Shown here piece by piece: positions 27,850 to 36,349 of a DNA stretch of 64,000 bases. The notes beneath the pieces were generated by a model. The model saw only the letters and a program-made list of their open reading frames with translations. It did not search any database and was not told where the DNA came from. Within the stretch, counting starts at the first letter, position 1. Each line of letters starts with the position of its first letter. The position numbers were made by a program, and so were the translations under genes. The stretch is taken from the NCBI GenBank assembly GCA_030607875.1, contig JAUWJD010000015.1, forward strand, positions 731 through 64,730, in the 5' to 3' direction. Source of the DNA: Chloroflexota bacterium. Its GTDB lineage: Bacteria > Chloroflexota > Anaerolineae > UBA2200.

Positions 27850-28077
27850 ATGACAGAGACAGGCTATGCCGTGGTGCTTTTCCATTCGACGCAGGGCGCG
27901 ATCAAGGACGAGCAGGCGCTGATGCGAGCGGGATTTGCGGCAAAATTGATTCCGACACCTCGCCAGTTCAGCTCAGATTGCGGCACAGCTCTGCGTTGCT
28001 CATCGGAAGACGTGAATGCAGTCCGCGTAGCACTCTCAACGCTGGCGGCGTTGAGTACCACAGCGTCCACAGGGTGA
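27850..28077 (+). CDS. DUF3343 family protein (putative Se/S carrier-like)
   Basis: YAVVLFHSTQGAIKDEQALMRAGFAAKLIPTPRQFSSDCGTALRC matches the DUF3343 pattern (conserved Cys). AGGAG lies 4 nt upstream of ATG 27850. The rest of the 266-aa track ORF overlaps the upstream CDS out of frame. Confidence 0.75.
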   Translation: MTETGYAVVLFHSTQGAIKDEQALMRAGFAAKLIPTPRQFSSDCGTALRCSSEDVNAVRVALSTLAALSTTASTG

Positions 28078-28114
28078 CCGTACTAAGTATCAGAGAGATT
28101 GGGAGGTACTGATT

Positions 28115-29167
28115 GTGTCAGAGGCATGTGAGGTCAAGCGCCTGACGGCCATGACTTCGGCGGCCGGCTGAGCGGCCAAGCGCGGCCCCGCGGCTTTGGC
28201 GCAGGTTCTGCGCCCTTTGAAAGACATGTTCACCAGCGCCGACTATCCCAATCTATTGGTCGGACTGGAAGTCAGCGACGACGCTGCGGTGTACAAAGTC
28301 AGCGATGAACTGGCAATCATCCAGACGCTCGACTTTATCACACCGATAGTGGACGACCCGTACACTTACGGGGCCATTGCTGCCGCCAACTCCATGAGCG
28401 ACGTCTATGCCATGGGCGGGAAGGTCGTCCTGGCATTGAACATCACCTGCGTTCCCGCGGACCTTCCACCCGGTATGGTAACGGAAATCCTACGCGGCGG
28501 AGCAGAAAAGGTCCGTGAAGCGGGTGGTGTTATTGCCGGCGGCCATACCATAGATGACGATGAACCCAAATACGGGATGGCAGTAATAGGCCTTGCACAT
28601 CCCGAGCACATCGCCACCAAATCTGGTGCACGCCCTGGGGATGTGTTGCTGCTGACCAAACCTCTTGGCATAGGCATGATTACCACGGCGGCGAAGAGCG
28701 ATGTAGCTGAAGCAGAGCACTTGCAGGCCGCTATCGAGGTCATGCTCCAACTGAACCGTATCGGGGCAGAAATCGTTCCCCGGTTCAGTCTGAAGGGCAT
28801 GACGGACATCACCGGTTTTGCTCTGTTGGGCCATGCCCAGGAAATGGCGGAGAGCAGCAATGTGCGTCTGCGCATCCACTCTAAACGAGTACCATTGCTA
28901 CCAGGGGCGCGGGAATACGCTGAACAGTGCCTCTTCCCAGGCGGCAGCAACCGCAATCATGACTATTTCGAACAATGGGTTCGTGCTGCGCCCCACATCA
29001 CCGAAGAGCTGTTGATGCTGCTCTATACACCAGAAACCTCTGGCGGACTTTTGGTCGCTGTCCCCCAGCAGGAGCTTGAGGGCGTAGAAGCTTGTCTGCA
29101 CGCAGCCGAGCAAGCCTACTGGATCATCGGTGAGGTCGAGGCTGGGACTGGAATCGAGTTGGACTGA
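28115..29167 (+). CDS. selD: Selenide, water dikinase SelD, itself a selenoprotein (Sec at codon 19)
   Basis: The track ORF (28196) lacks the catalytic N-terminus. Reading in frame from GTG 28115 (GGGAGG 8 nt upstream) gives VSEACEVKRLTAMTSAAG-U-AAKRGPAALAQVLRPL, which matches the SelD glycine-rich loop G(C/U)GxK with UGA at 28169-28171. Downstream motifs are DDAAVY and the AIR-synthase fold. Confidence 0.88.
28169..28200 (+). other. UGA(Sec) recoding site in selD with GC-rich stem-loop candidate (bacterial SECIS-like)
   Basis: tga at 28169-28171. GCCAAG (28175-28180) can pair with TTTGGC (28195-28200) around a GC-rich internal segment. The structure was judged by eye only. Confidence 0.5.
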
Positions 29168-29187
29168 GGGGATGTTGGCTCGTTTCT

Positions 29188-29216
29188 TTGACAGAAACTC
29201 ATTTCAAACATATACT
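29188..29216 (+). promoter_or_regulatory. Promoter (TTGACA-17-TATACT) of the giant lipoprotein gene
   Basis: TTGACA at 29188-29193 and TATACT at 29211-29216. Confidence 0.55.
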
Positions 29217-29305
29217 ATACTGAACCAGTACGTTCACCTCTTTCTGTCCGTCCAGCATGTTTGTCAGCCCGTTCAATTCGCGGCACTTGCAGGAGGAACC
29301 ATCCA

Positions 29306-32300
29306 GTGATAGAAGACAACTCTCGCACGTTGCGCGGTCACCGACGGTTGTGGTCCTCCGTGGTTGTGCTGCTTGTCACCGTATTCATCTTGCTGAGCCC
29401 GGCACTCACGTCGTGCGGCATCGCCACGCCCACGCCGACCACTGCGCCACCATCCCCACGCGAGCCAGCACCAGCGTTGGAGGAAGACCGACTGCCGCCG
29501 TTTGTCCTCGACCTCAGCCTGCCGTCTGACATCGTGCTAAATGCCGGCCAGGGCCTGGGGCAGTGCCATTGGCTGGACCCAGACATCATCGCCAATCCGC
29601 TCGTTAGCTGGGCGTACGATACTGGCCAGGCGAGCGCCGGTTGGGACAGCATTGAACCAGAGCCTGGCGTGTTCCATTGGGAGGCACTCGATGCGGAAAT
29701 TGCCAAGGCGCGCAGCCTGGGCAAGCGGATCTGGATCGAAGTACACACTACCGAAGGCCGCACACCGCAGTGGGCTAGAGATGCTGGAGTGGAGCTTGTC
29801 GGTTCGCGCGGCGGGACGCCCGTGCCATGGAATGAGACCTACCACCGCTTGCTGCGACGCGTTGTTCATGCCATGGCCGCCCGTTATGACGGCAACCCGA
29901 CCGTGGATGCTGTCAATGTGATGGCTGGGGGCTGTTATGGCGAGATGGCCATCTGCGCGAAAAACTTTGACCTGGATGCCTGGGAAGATGCCGGATACAC
30001 CGACGAGAAATACATAGAGGCCGCGAAGCAATTCATCAACATCTATCTTGAAGAAGAACACACCTGGGAGGACGGTACCACGACCCACGGTTTCCTTGAG
30101 ACTCCCGTTGTTGTTCAGCTTGGCGCGGGACTGTACGAGCGTACCTTACCCGTCATCCAGCCAGTCGTCCAGCACGCCATGTCCAATTACGGTATGCGCG
30201 TGTGGCTCAAGTACAACGGCCTGGGCGGTGGGTACGAAATGCGCTGGGTCTACCAGGACACTGATACGCTCACCAGAGGTGGCTATGAGCCAATGGGCAA
30301 CAGCCCGGATTTCCTGGACAGGCCAAAGTACTACGTGCGGATGGCACTCGACCACCACTCGAGCTACCTGTGCCTGCAATCGCCCTACTTCGATATTGAT
30401 GATCCCGAGTGGCGAGAAGCTCGTGAGATGGCAGCGCGCTACCTGGGCGCCCAGATCGTCCACCTAGGCATTGACGCTCCTGACACAGTTCTGCTTGGCC
30501 ACCAGTACACCCTCACCACCCAGTGGGTGAACAGGGGCACCGTTCCCTTGATGCGCCCTGAGCGGCAGGGAATCAAAGACGTTCCTGCCTCGTATGACAT
30601 CCAGATTGCTTTTGTTGATTCCGCCACAGGCGTGTCTGTATTCGAGCACACCTTCACCCCTGCCGTGCCCACTACACAGTGGTACAGCGCCCAGCCAGTG
30701 GTCATCGAACAACTCGTTCCCATCCCAGTCACTGTTCCGGTTGGGACATATGATCTGCGGCTCGCACTGGTAAACCCCAACCTGCCTGCGGAGTATGGGC
30801 ACCGCTACTTCCGCTTTGTCAACACAGACCTGCACGATGGCAGCGGCAGATACACCGTGGGACAGATCACGGTGGGCACCGCAACCGCGCCGACTGCGAC
30901 CCCGACGCCCTCATCAGGTCAGACTCCCAGCGGGCCCAACCTGCCGCCAGTCATCTTTGTCATGCTCGACTGGTTCAACGGCGACTGGGGGAACCCAGAT
31001 TACCATTTCTCCTACATAGACAAGTGGGGCTACCGGCAGGAGTATCGCGGTCACCCCGAATACGGAGCCTTGGGTGGCTGGGCAGCCTTCCACTGGAACG
31101 ATCTCAATCCAGAGAAAGGCTTCTACGACTGGTCAAAAACTGACAAATACATCAGGGACGCGCAGGCAATGCAGGTTACGCTGCCCGATGGCAGCGTGAT
31201 CGCCAAGCCGGTAGGCATTGCCATAGAGACCTGGGCCATGGAAGAATTGGACAACCAGATTGGCATCAACTACACGCCCTACTGGGTGGCTGCGCAAGGA
31301 GGCGGCAGCACAGGCTCGTGCTATGATCCCGACGGCTCAGGGCCCTGCAAACCATTCTGCACCCCTCGCTTCAGCAGCCTGGTATGGCAGTATTGGTTGG
31401 ACCAGTTCATCCTGGCCATGGGGCAGCATTACGACAACAATCCCGAGTTCTACAATCTCGCCTTCGTGTTAATCGCTACTGGCGCTGATCAAGAAACGAG
31501 CGAGCGCAAGAGCTTTGGCGACTGCGCCTACAATCCCGGAGGCAATACTCGGGCCTTTGATGATTGGGTTTTCCATGTGATGGGAACCCACAACATTGCT
31601 TTCCCCAACACGCCTCATTTCATTCAGTCCACCCTACATGGTATTCATTACCACGCCCAGCATGCGGCGACATTCCCTTCCAAGATGACCGGCGTCAAGG
31701 TTAATGGCCTGGAAGTGGACGTGCCCAGCGCCGAGATTCGCTTCGACGGGGTGTTGGTAGGTGGAGTCACGGGGTTCTCTGAGGTTTGGCATGAGAGCAT
31801 TCCTACTGGCTTCGAACCGAAGCACGGCAATGGGATAAAGGGCTCCTATTGGTTCTACATGCAAGGCCTCTCCGTGTACCCGTATATGTTCGACATCCAG
31901 TTGCCCAATATCAAGGACGCCTACTTATCCGCACAGCAGATTGGCTTTCCAATCCAGGATTTTGTGCGTACCCACCTAGGAAAGTCTGTGCACAATACCC
32001 CGGACGTATGGATCGTGCTGCGCAAGAGCTACTTCCAGGACAGCAGCTGGACAGGCAGCGACGGAATCGTCCGCACCTATGGCCCTCACCACGAAGACTT
32101 TGAGTTCTACTTGTATCGCCGAGACAGCGCTCCGGGCAGCCGCACTGTGCCGCTGCGAGCGGAGCTAATAAGCAGGGAGCTGCCCGACCCAGCACGCGGA
32201 CACATATATGCCTGGCAGAGCACGCGGCGCACCAATCAGGGCACAGGCAATCCGTACATGTCTTTCGACGTGGACGATCGCTACCCACACGTAGGCCAGG

Positions 32301-35251
32301 TACCCGAGGCTGCTGGTGGGCAAGTGTCGTGGCACATCACCGTAACCTTAGTCAACGAAGGAACCGATACGTTCTCATTAGAGTACACGGACTATTATGG
32401 AAACGTTGTGGAACGCCAAGTCACCAAGGGCACTGCACTTGGCACAGTCAACCAATGGGTTGACTACACCTGGAACGTGAATGATGCCTACTTCAACAAC
32501 GGCTTGCCCGGTGGGATGGATTTCCGCATCGACTGCAACAACGACGGCAACGAGATCATCCACCGTCTGATCGTGCGCGCGGAGGGTCCTCCGCCCCCGA
32601 CACCCACGGTAACACTGACCAGGCCGCCGACAAGAACGCCAACTCGCACCACCACGCCGGCAACGCCAACGCCCACTGGCACGCGTACACCAACCAGCGC
32701 CCCATCGCCTACGCGCACTAATACGCGTCCGCCTTCGCCCACCGTGACGACAGGACCGAGTCCCACACCAACAATCACGCCCACGCTCTTCCCACCTGGG
32801 CCCAACACAATCACGCTGCAACAACACCTGCAGGGTTACCGGGGCACCAATGACACATCTGTCCGGGCCGGGGAGCCCGCACAGAACTTTGGCAATCAGG
32901 CCAATATCCAGGTCAAGAACGACAGCATCTATTCTGGTCTGCTGCGTTTTGATCTAGGCAGCATGCCGCCGGGTTCCACGATTAACCAGGCCACTCTCGC
33001 GCTATATACCTACAATCGTGACAAGATACAGGCATTTGAGCTTCAGGCATATCGTGTCCTCCGTCCGTGGATCGATTCGCAGGCCACCTGGGAAAGGGCT
33101 TCCATTGGCAATCCATGGGCTGCGCCAGGCATCAACGACACAACTACAGATCGGGCTGCCGAACCTGCGGCTGGGCAGACGGTATCCCTGCTCAATACCT
33201 GGTACGAGCTGGACATTACCGAGCTGGTGAGGGATTGGAGCACCGATCCACAAAACAACCATGGAGTCGTCTTGCGGGGTTCGGGAGACATATCGGTGGT
33301 CTACCACTTTGCCAGCGCTAACCATGCGACCAAGTCGCTGCGCCCAATCCTGGTGATTGACTACACGGCTCCGGAAGCGCCCGTCACGGCGACTCCAACT
33401 GCACCGGCCACGGAAACGCCGCCGCCCTCTGGCACGCCGGAAGCTTCGGCGACGCCTACAGAGGGCGTTTCCCAGACCAGCACGAATACACCACGGCCTT
33501 CGCCTACTCCGACGGCAAGTCTCACGCCAACAATCACACCCACGCCATTCCCTGGTGGGCCCAACACAGTGACGCTGCAACAAGACCTGCAAGGCTACCG
33601 GGGCACCAAGGACACGACTGTCCTGGCCTGGGCTCCTGCACAGAACTTTGGCAACCAGGCCAGTATCCAGGTCAAGAACGACAGTGTCTATTCCGGCCTG
33701 CTGCGCTTTGATCTGGGCAGCATACCGCTAGGTTCGACGATCAACCAGGCCACTCTCGCGCTATATACCTACAACCGCGACAAGACACAGGGATTCGATC
33801 TCGAGGCCTATCGCGTGCTCCGTCCGTGGGTCGATTTGCAGGCCACCTGGGAAAGGGCCTCTATAGGCAATCCATGGGCTGCACCAGGCATCAACGACAC
33901 AACTACAGATCGGGCTGCCGAACCCGCGACCAGGCAGACGGTATCCCTGCTCAATACCTGGTACGAGCTGGACATCACCGAACTGGTGAGGGATTGGAGC
34001 ACCGATCCACAAAGCAACCATGGAGTCGTCTTGCGGGGTTCGGGAGACATATCGGTGGTCTACCACTTTGCCAGCGCTAACCATACCACAAAGTCGCTGC
34101 GCCCAATGCTGGTGATTGATTACACGGCGCCGGAAGTGCCGGCTACAGCAACTCCAACTGCACTAGCCACGGAAACGCCGACGCCCTCTGACACACCGGA
34201 GGCTTCGGCGACGCCTACAGAGGTCGTCTCTCCGACCAGCACGAACACACCATGGCCCTCGCCTACTCCGACCAGCACGAATACACCACGTCCCTCGCCC
34301 ACTCCGACAGCAAGTCTCACCCCAACAATCACACCTACGCCATTCCCTGGTGGGCACAACGTCGTGACTCTGCAGCAGGGCGTGGCGGGATACCAGGGCA
34401 CGAACGACACCTACATGGCAGCCTGGAACCCGTCAGGCAATTTCGTGCATCAGGCCAACATTGTGGTTAAGAACGACACTGCATACTCTGGCTTGCTGCG
34501 CTTTGACCTGGGCAGCATGCCTCTTGGTTCTACGATCAACCAGGCTATCCTCAGATTGTACGCTTATAACCGCGACAAGGCGAGGACGTTCGACCTGGAG
34601 GTGTATCGTTTGCTCAGGCTCTGGGTAGATACGGAAGCCAACTGGGACCAGGCATTCCTGGGCAATCCATGGGGTGTGCCAGGCGCTAATGACACAGTTA
34701 CAGACCGGCAAGCTGATCCAGTGGCTGTGCAGGCGATACCTACACTCAACGTGTGGTACGAATTCGATATCACAGAACTGGTGAGAGATTGGACTGCCAA
34801 TCCGCAAACAAACGATGGCGTCCTTCTGCGTGGCTTTGGGCAGCTGTCACTGGTATACCACTTTGCCAGCTCCAACCATCCGATCATTTCACTGCGCCCA
34901 CAATTGGTGATTGACTACACAGCTCCAGAGGTGCCCACCCCCACTCCCGGGACACCAACTGCCACGGCAACAACAACCCGGACGCCTTCCGCCACGCCAG
35001 CGGTTTCGCCCACAGCTACTCCATCGCCCACGCCGGAGGCTTCGCCCACAGTGACGGCCACCGCGCCGGGCACGCCGACCGTTTCACCGACTCCTGTGCC
35101 GACCCTCAGCCCAACACCAACAGCACTGCTGACGCCGACACCAGGATTTGAAGATCACGTGGAGGACATGGAAAGGCGGGTGGGGATCCTGGCACAACTG
35201 ATACGGGCGATCATTGACATTCTCAAGCGAGCTGGTAGGATTGGACGCTGA
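29306..35251 (+). CDS. Giant (1981 aa) lipoprotein-type exoprotein: two GH-like TIM-barrel modules + three tandem DNRLRE/'LRFDL'-type beta-sandwich modules separated by Pro/Thr linkers, with an amphipathic C-terminal helix
   Basis: AGGAGG lies 9 nt before GTG 29306. The signal peptide has a lipobox (LLSPALTS|C). Module 1 is a paralog of 26019. Module 2 has FHWNDLNPEKGFYDWSKTDKYI. There are three copies of ..YSGLLRFDLGS.P.GSTINQA.L.LY.YN..VLRPW...ATW... The tail is ..DMERRVGILAQLIRAIIDILKRAGRIGR*. Confidence 0.85.
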   Translation: MIEDNSRTLRGHRRLWSSVVVLLVTVFILLSPALTSCGIATPTPTTAPPSPREPAPALEEDRLPPFVLDLSLPSDIVLNAGQGLGQCHWLDPDIIANPLVSWAYDTGQASAGWDSIEPEPGVFHWEALDAEIAKARSLGKRIWIEVHTTEGRTPQWARDAGVELVGSRGGTPVPWNETYHRLLRRVVHAMAARYDGNPTVDAVNVMAGGCYGEMAICAKNFDLDAWEDAGYTDEKYIEAAKQFINIYLEEEHTWEDGTTTHGFLETPVVVQLGAGLYERTLPVIQPVVQHAMSNYGMRVWLKYNGLGGGYEMRWVYQDTDTLTRGGYEPMGNSPDFLDRPKYYVRMALDHHSSYLCLQSPYFDIDDPEWREAREMAARYLGAQIVHLGIDAPDTVLLGHQYTLTTQWVNRGTVPLMRPERQGIKDVPASYDIQIAFVDSATGVSVFEHTFTPAVPTTQWYSAQPVVIEQLVPIPVTVPVGTYDLRLALVNPNLPAEYGHRYFRFVNTDLHDGSGRYTVGQITVGTATAPTATPTPSSGQTPSGPNLPPVIFVMLDWFNGDWGNPDYHFSYIDKWGYRQEYRGHPEYGALGGWAAFHWNDLNPEKGFYDWSKTDKYIRDAQAMQVTLPDGSVIAKPVGIAIETWAMEELDNQIGINYTPYWVAAQGGGSTGSCYDPDGSGPCKPFCTPRFSSLVWQYWLDQFILAMGQHYDNNPEFYNLAFVLIATGADQETSERKSFGDCAYNPGGNTRAFDDWVFHVMGTHNIAFPNTPHFIQSTLHGIHYHAQHAATFPSKMTGVKVNGLEVDVPSAEIRFDGVLVGGVTGFSEVWHESIPTGFEPKHGNGIKGSYWFYMQGLSVYPYMFDIQLPNIKDAYLSAQQIGFPIQDFVRTHLGKSVHNTPDVWIVLRKSYFQDSSWTGSDGIVRTYGPHHEDFEFYLYRRDSAPGSRTVPLRAELISRELPDPARGHIYAWQSTRRTNQGTGNPYMSFDVDDRYPHVGQVPEAAGGQVSWHITVTLVNEGTDTFSLEYTDYYGNVVERQVTKGTALGTVNQWVDYTWNVNDAYFNNGLPGGMDFRIDCNNDGNEIIHRLIVRAEGPPPPTPTVTLTRPPTRTPTRTTTPATPTPTGTRTPTSAPSPTRTNTRPPSPTVTTGPSPTPTITPTLFPPGPNTITLQQHLQGYRGTNDTSVRAGEPAQNFGNQANIQVKNDSIYSGLLRFDLGSMPPGSTINQATLALYTYNRDKIQAFELQAYRVLRPWIDSQATWERASIGNPWAAPGINDTTTDRAAEPAAGQTVSLLNTWYELDITELVRDWSTDPQNNHGVVLRGSGDISVVYHFASANHATKSLRPILVIDYTAPEAPVTATPTAPATETPPPSGTPEASATPTEGVSQTSTNTPRPSPTPTASLTPTITPTPFPGGPNTVTLQQDLQGYRGTKDTTVLAWAPAQNFGNQASIQVKNDSVYSGLLRFDLGSIPLGSTINQATLALYTYNRDKTQGFDLEAYRVLRPWVDLQATWERASIGNPWAAPGINDTTTDRAAEPATRQTVSLLNTWYELDITELVRDWSTDPQSNHGVVLRGSGDISVVYHFASANHTTKSLRPMLVIDYTAPEVPATATPTALATETPTPSDTPEASATPTEVVSPTSTNTPWPSPTPTSTNTPRPSPTPTASLTPTITPTPFPGGHNVVTLQQGVAGYQGTNDTYMAAWNPSGNFVHQANIVVKNDTAYSGLLRFDLGSMPLGSTINQAILRLYAYNRDKARTFDLEVYRLLRLWVDTEANWDQAFLGNPWGVPGANDTVTDRQADPVAVQAIPTLNVWYEFDITELVRDWTANPQTNDGVLLRGFGQLSLVYHFASSNHPIISLRPQLVIDYTAPEVPTPTPGTPTATATTTRTPSATPAVSPTATPSPTPEASPTVTATAPGTPTVSPTPVPTLSPTPTALLTPTPGFEDHVEDMERRVGILAQLIRAIIDILKRAGRIGR
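32771..34936 (+). repeat. Three tandem units (759, 795 and about 610 bp) encoding linker + DNRLRE-type module
   Basis: Units start with acaatcac(g/a)cc at 32771, 33530 and 34325. Units 1 and 2 are nearly identical in their 3' halves (about 33081-33360 vs about 33841-34120) and clearly more diverged in their 5' halves. Unit 3 is the most divergent. Confidence 0.85.
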
Positions 35252-35299
35252 ATACCCAAACCCCCAGACTGCCTGCTTGTGCAGGCGAAGGAGGACACA

Positions 35300-36181
35300 G
35301 TGAAGAGAGCAATCCTGATCTTGATAGTGGTAATATGTGCGATTGTAATTGGCATGCGGGTATTGGGAGCCAGCAGTGAGCAACCGTCGTCAGATGCGCC
35401 CGCCATGCAGAATCTTCCTGCCTCCCAACCAGATCTGCAGACGGGAAGAACCTTTACTGTTGTTAGTTACCAGGCTGTCCCCACCCGCAGCCTGTATTGC
35501 ACGCGGTTGACCAGTCCCCCGACCATAGACGGCAACTTGAACGACTGGCCGATTGGTCAGAGCATTGACTTGAACAGGGACACTGCCTTCTCCTTCCAGG
35601 GCGGAATCGCTTCTCATGCTGACCTGAGTGCCATCGTTCGTAGCGGGTGGGATGAGGAGACCCTGTACTTTGCCATCCAAGTGTACGATGACATCCTGGT
35701 AGTGGATAGCGACGATGTGTGGCGTGATGACGGAGTAGAGATCGGCCTTGATGGGCTGTACGACAAATACGCCTGGGGTACAGATGACCATCAATACACC
35801 GTCGTGGCCGACGGCCGCACGACGGACCGTGGTGTATCAGCAACCGACATTACCGCTAACATCGTGGCGCACGAAGGCGGATACAATATCGAAGTCGCTA
35901 TCCCCATGTCCAAGCTCCTACCCGGCGTCCCCATATCTGGCACTGTGATGGGGTTCACCATCGGCCTGCACGACGATGATGACGGTGGCAGCTGGGACGC
36001 CTATTTGATCTGGGAAGGGACAAATACAAGCACTAAACCTGAGGAATTCGGCAGTCTGGTTTTCAGTGAACGCCTCGATGATCGCATTGTTGCTTTAGAG
36101 GACAAGATTGCCCAACTTGAAAGGCGCACACAGGAGTTGCTGGAAATCTTGAGTGAATTTGAGCAATTGACGCCGCCGTAG
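35300..36181 (+). CDS. Membrane-anchored CBM9/DOMON-like carbohydrate-binding protein with C-terminal coiled coil
   Basis: AAGGAGG precedes GTG 35300, followed by an N-terminal TM (AILILIVVICAIVIG). PPTIDGNLNDWP..GWDEETLYFAIQVYDD..DDGVEIGLDG is a CBM9-like signature. Heptad tail IVALEDKIAQLERRTQELLEILSEF. Confidence 0.7.
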   Translation: MKRAILILIVVICAIVIGMRVLGASSEQPSSDAPAMQNLPASQPDLQTGRTFTVVSYQAVPTRSLYCTRLTSPPTIDGNLNDWPIGQSIDLNRDTAFSFQGGIASHADLSAIVRSGWDEETLYFAIQVYDDILVVDSDDVWRDDGVEIGLDGLYDKYAWGTDDHQYTVVADGRTTDRGVSATDITANIVAHEGGYNIEVAIPMSKLLPGVPISGTVMGFTIGLHDDDDGGSWDAYLIWEGTNTSTKPEEFGSLVFSERLDDRIVALEDKIAQLERRTQELLEILSEFEQLTPP

Positions 36182-36207
36182 AATCGTCACTTCCAGCACC
36201 AATGTCA

Positions 36208-36249
36208 GGGGAGGATGAACTAGGTTTCATCCTCCTCTGTTTGTTTGTC
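36208..36249 (+). terminator. Rho-independent terminator after the CBM9-like gene
   Basis: GGGGAGGATGAA (36208-36219), loop ctaggt, TTCATCCTCCTC (36226-36237), then tgtttgtttgt. Confidence 0.75.
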
Positions 36250-36349
36250 AGGAACGTGACACCAGTATCTACGCTCTCAGCAAGAAGACCTTGCCCGCCA
36301 AAGCCCCCTCTTCTCAGCACTCACATGAAGAGCACGGCCCCTCCACACC

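Noticed and set aside
32771-34936. A diversity-generating retroelement (template/variable repeat) as explanation for the near-identical repeats.
   Set aside because: Differences between units are not adenine-specific. There is no reverse transcriptase or accessory gene in the window, and the units are whole protein domains in tandem.
35150-36181. Possible pairing of the amphipathic C-terminal helix of the giant lipoprotein with the coiled-coil tail of the CBM9-like neighbour.
   Set aside because: It rests only on heptad-like patterns seen by eye and is too speculative to score as a finding without structure prediction.
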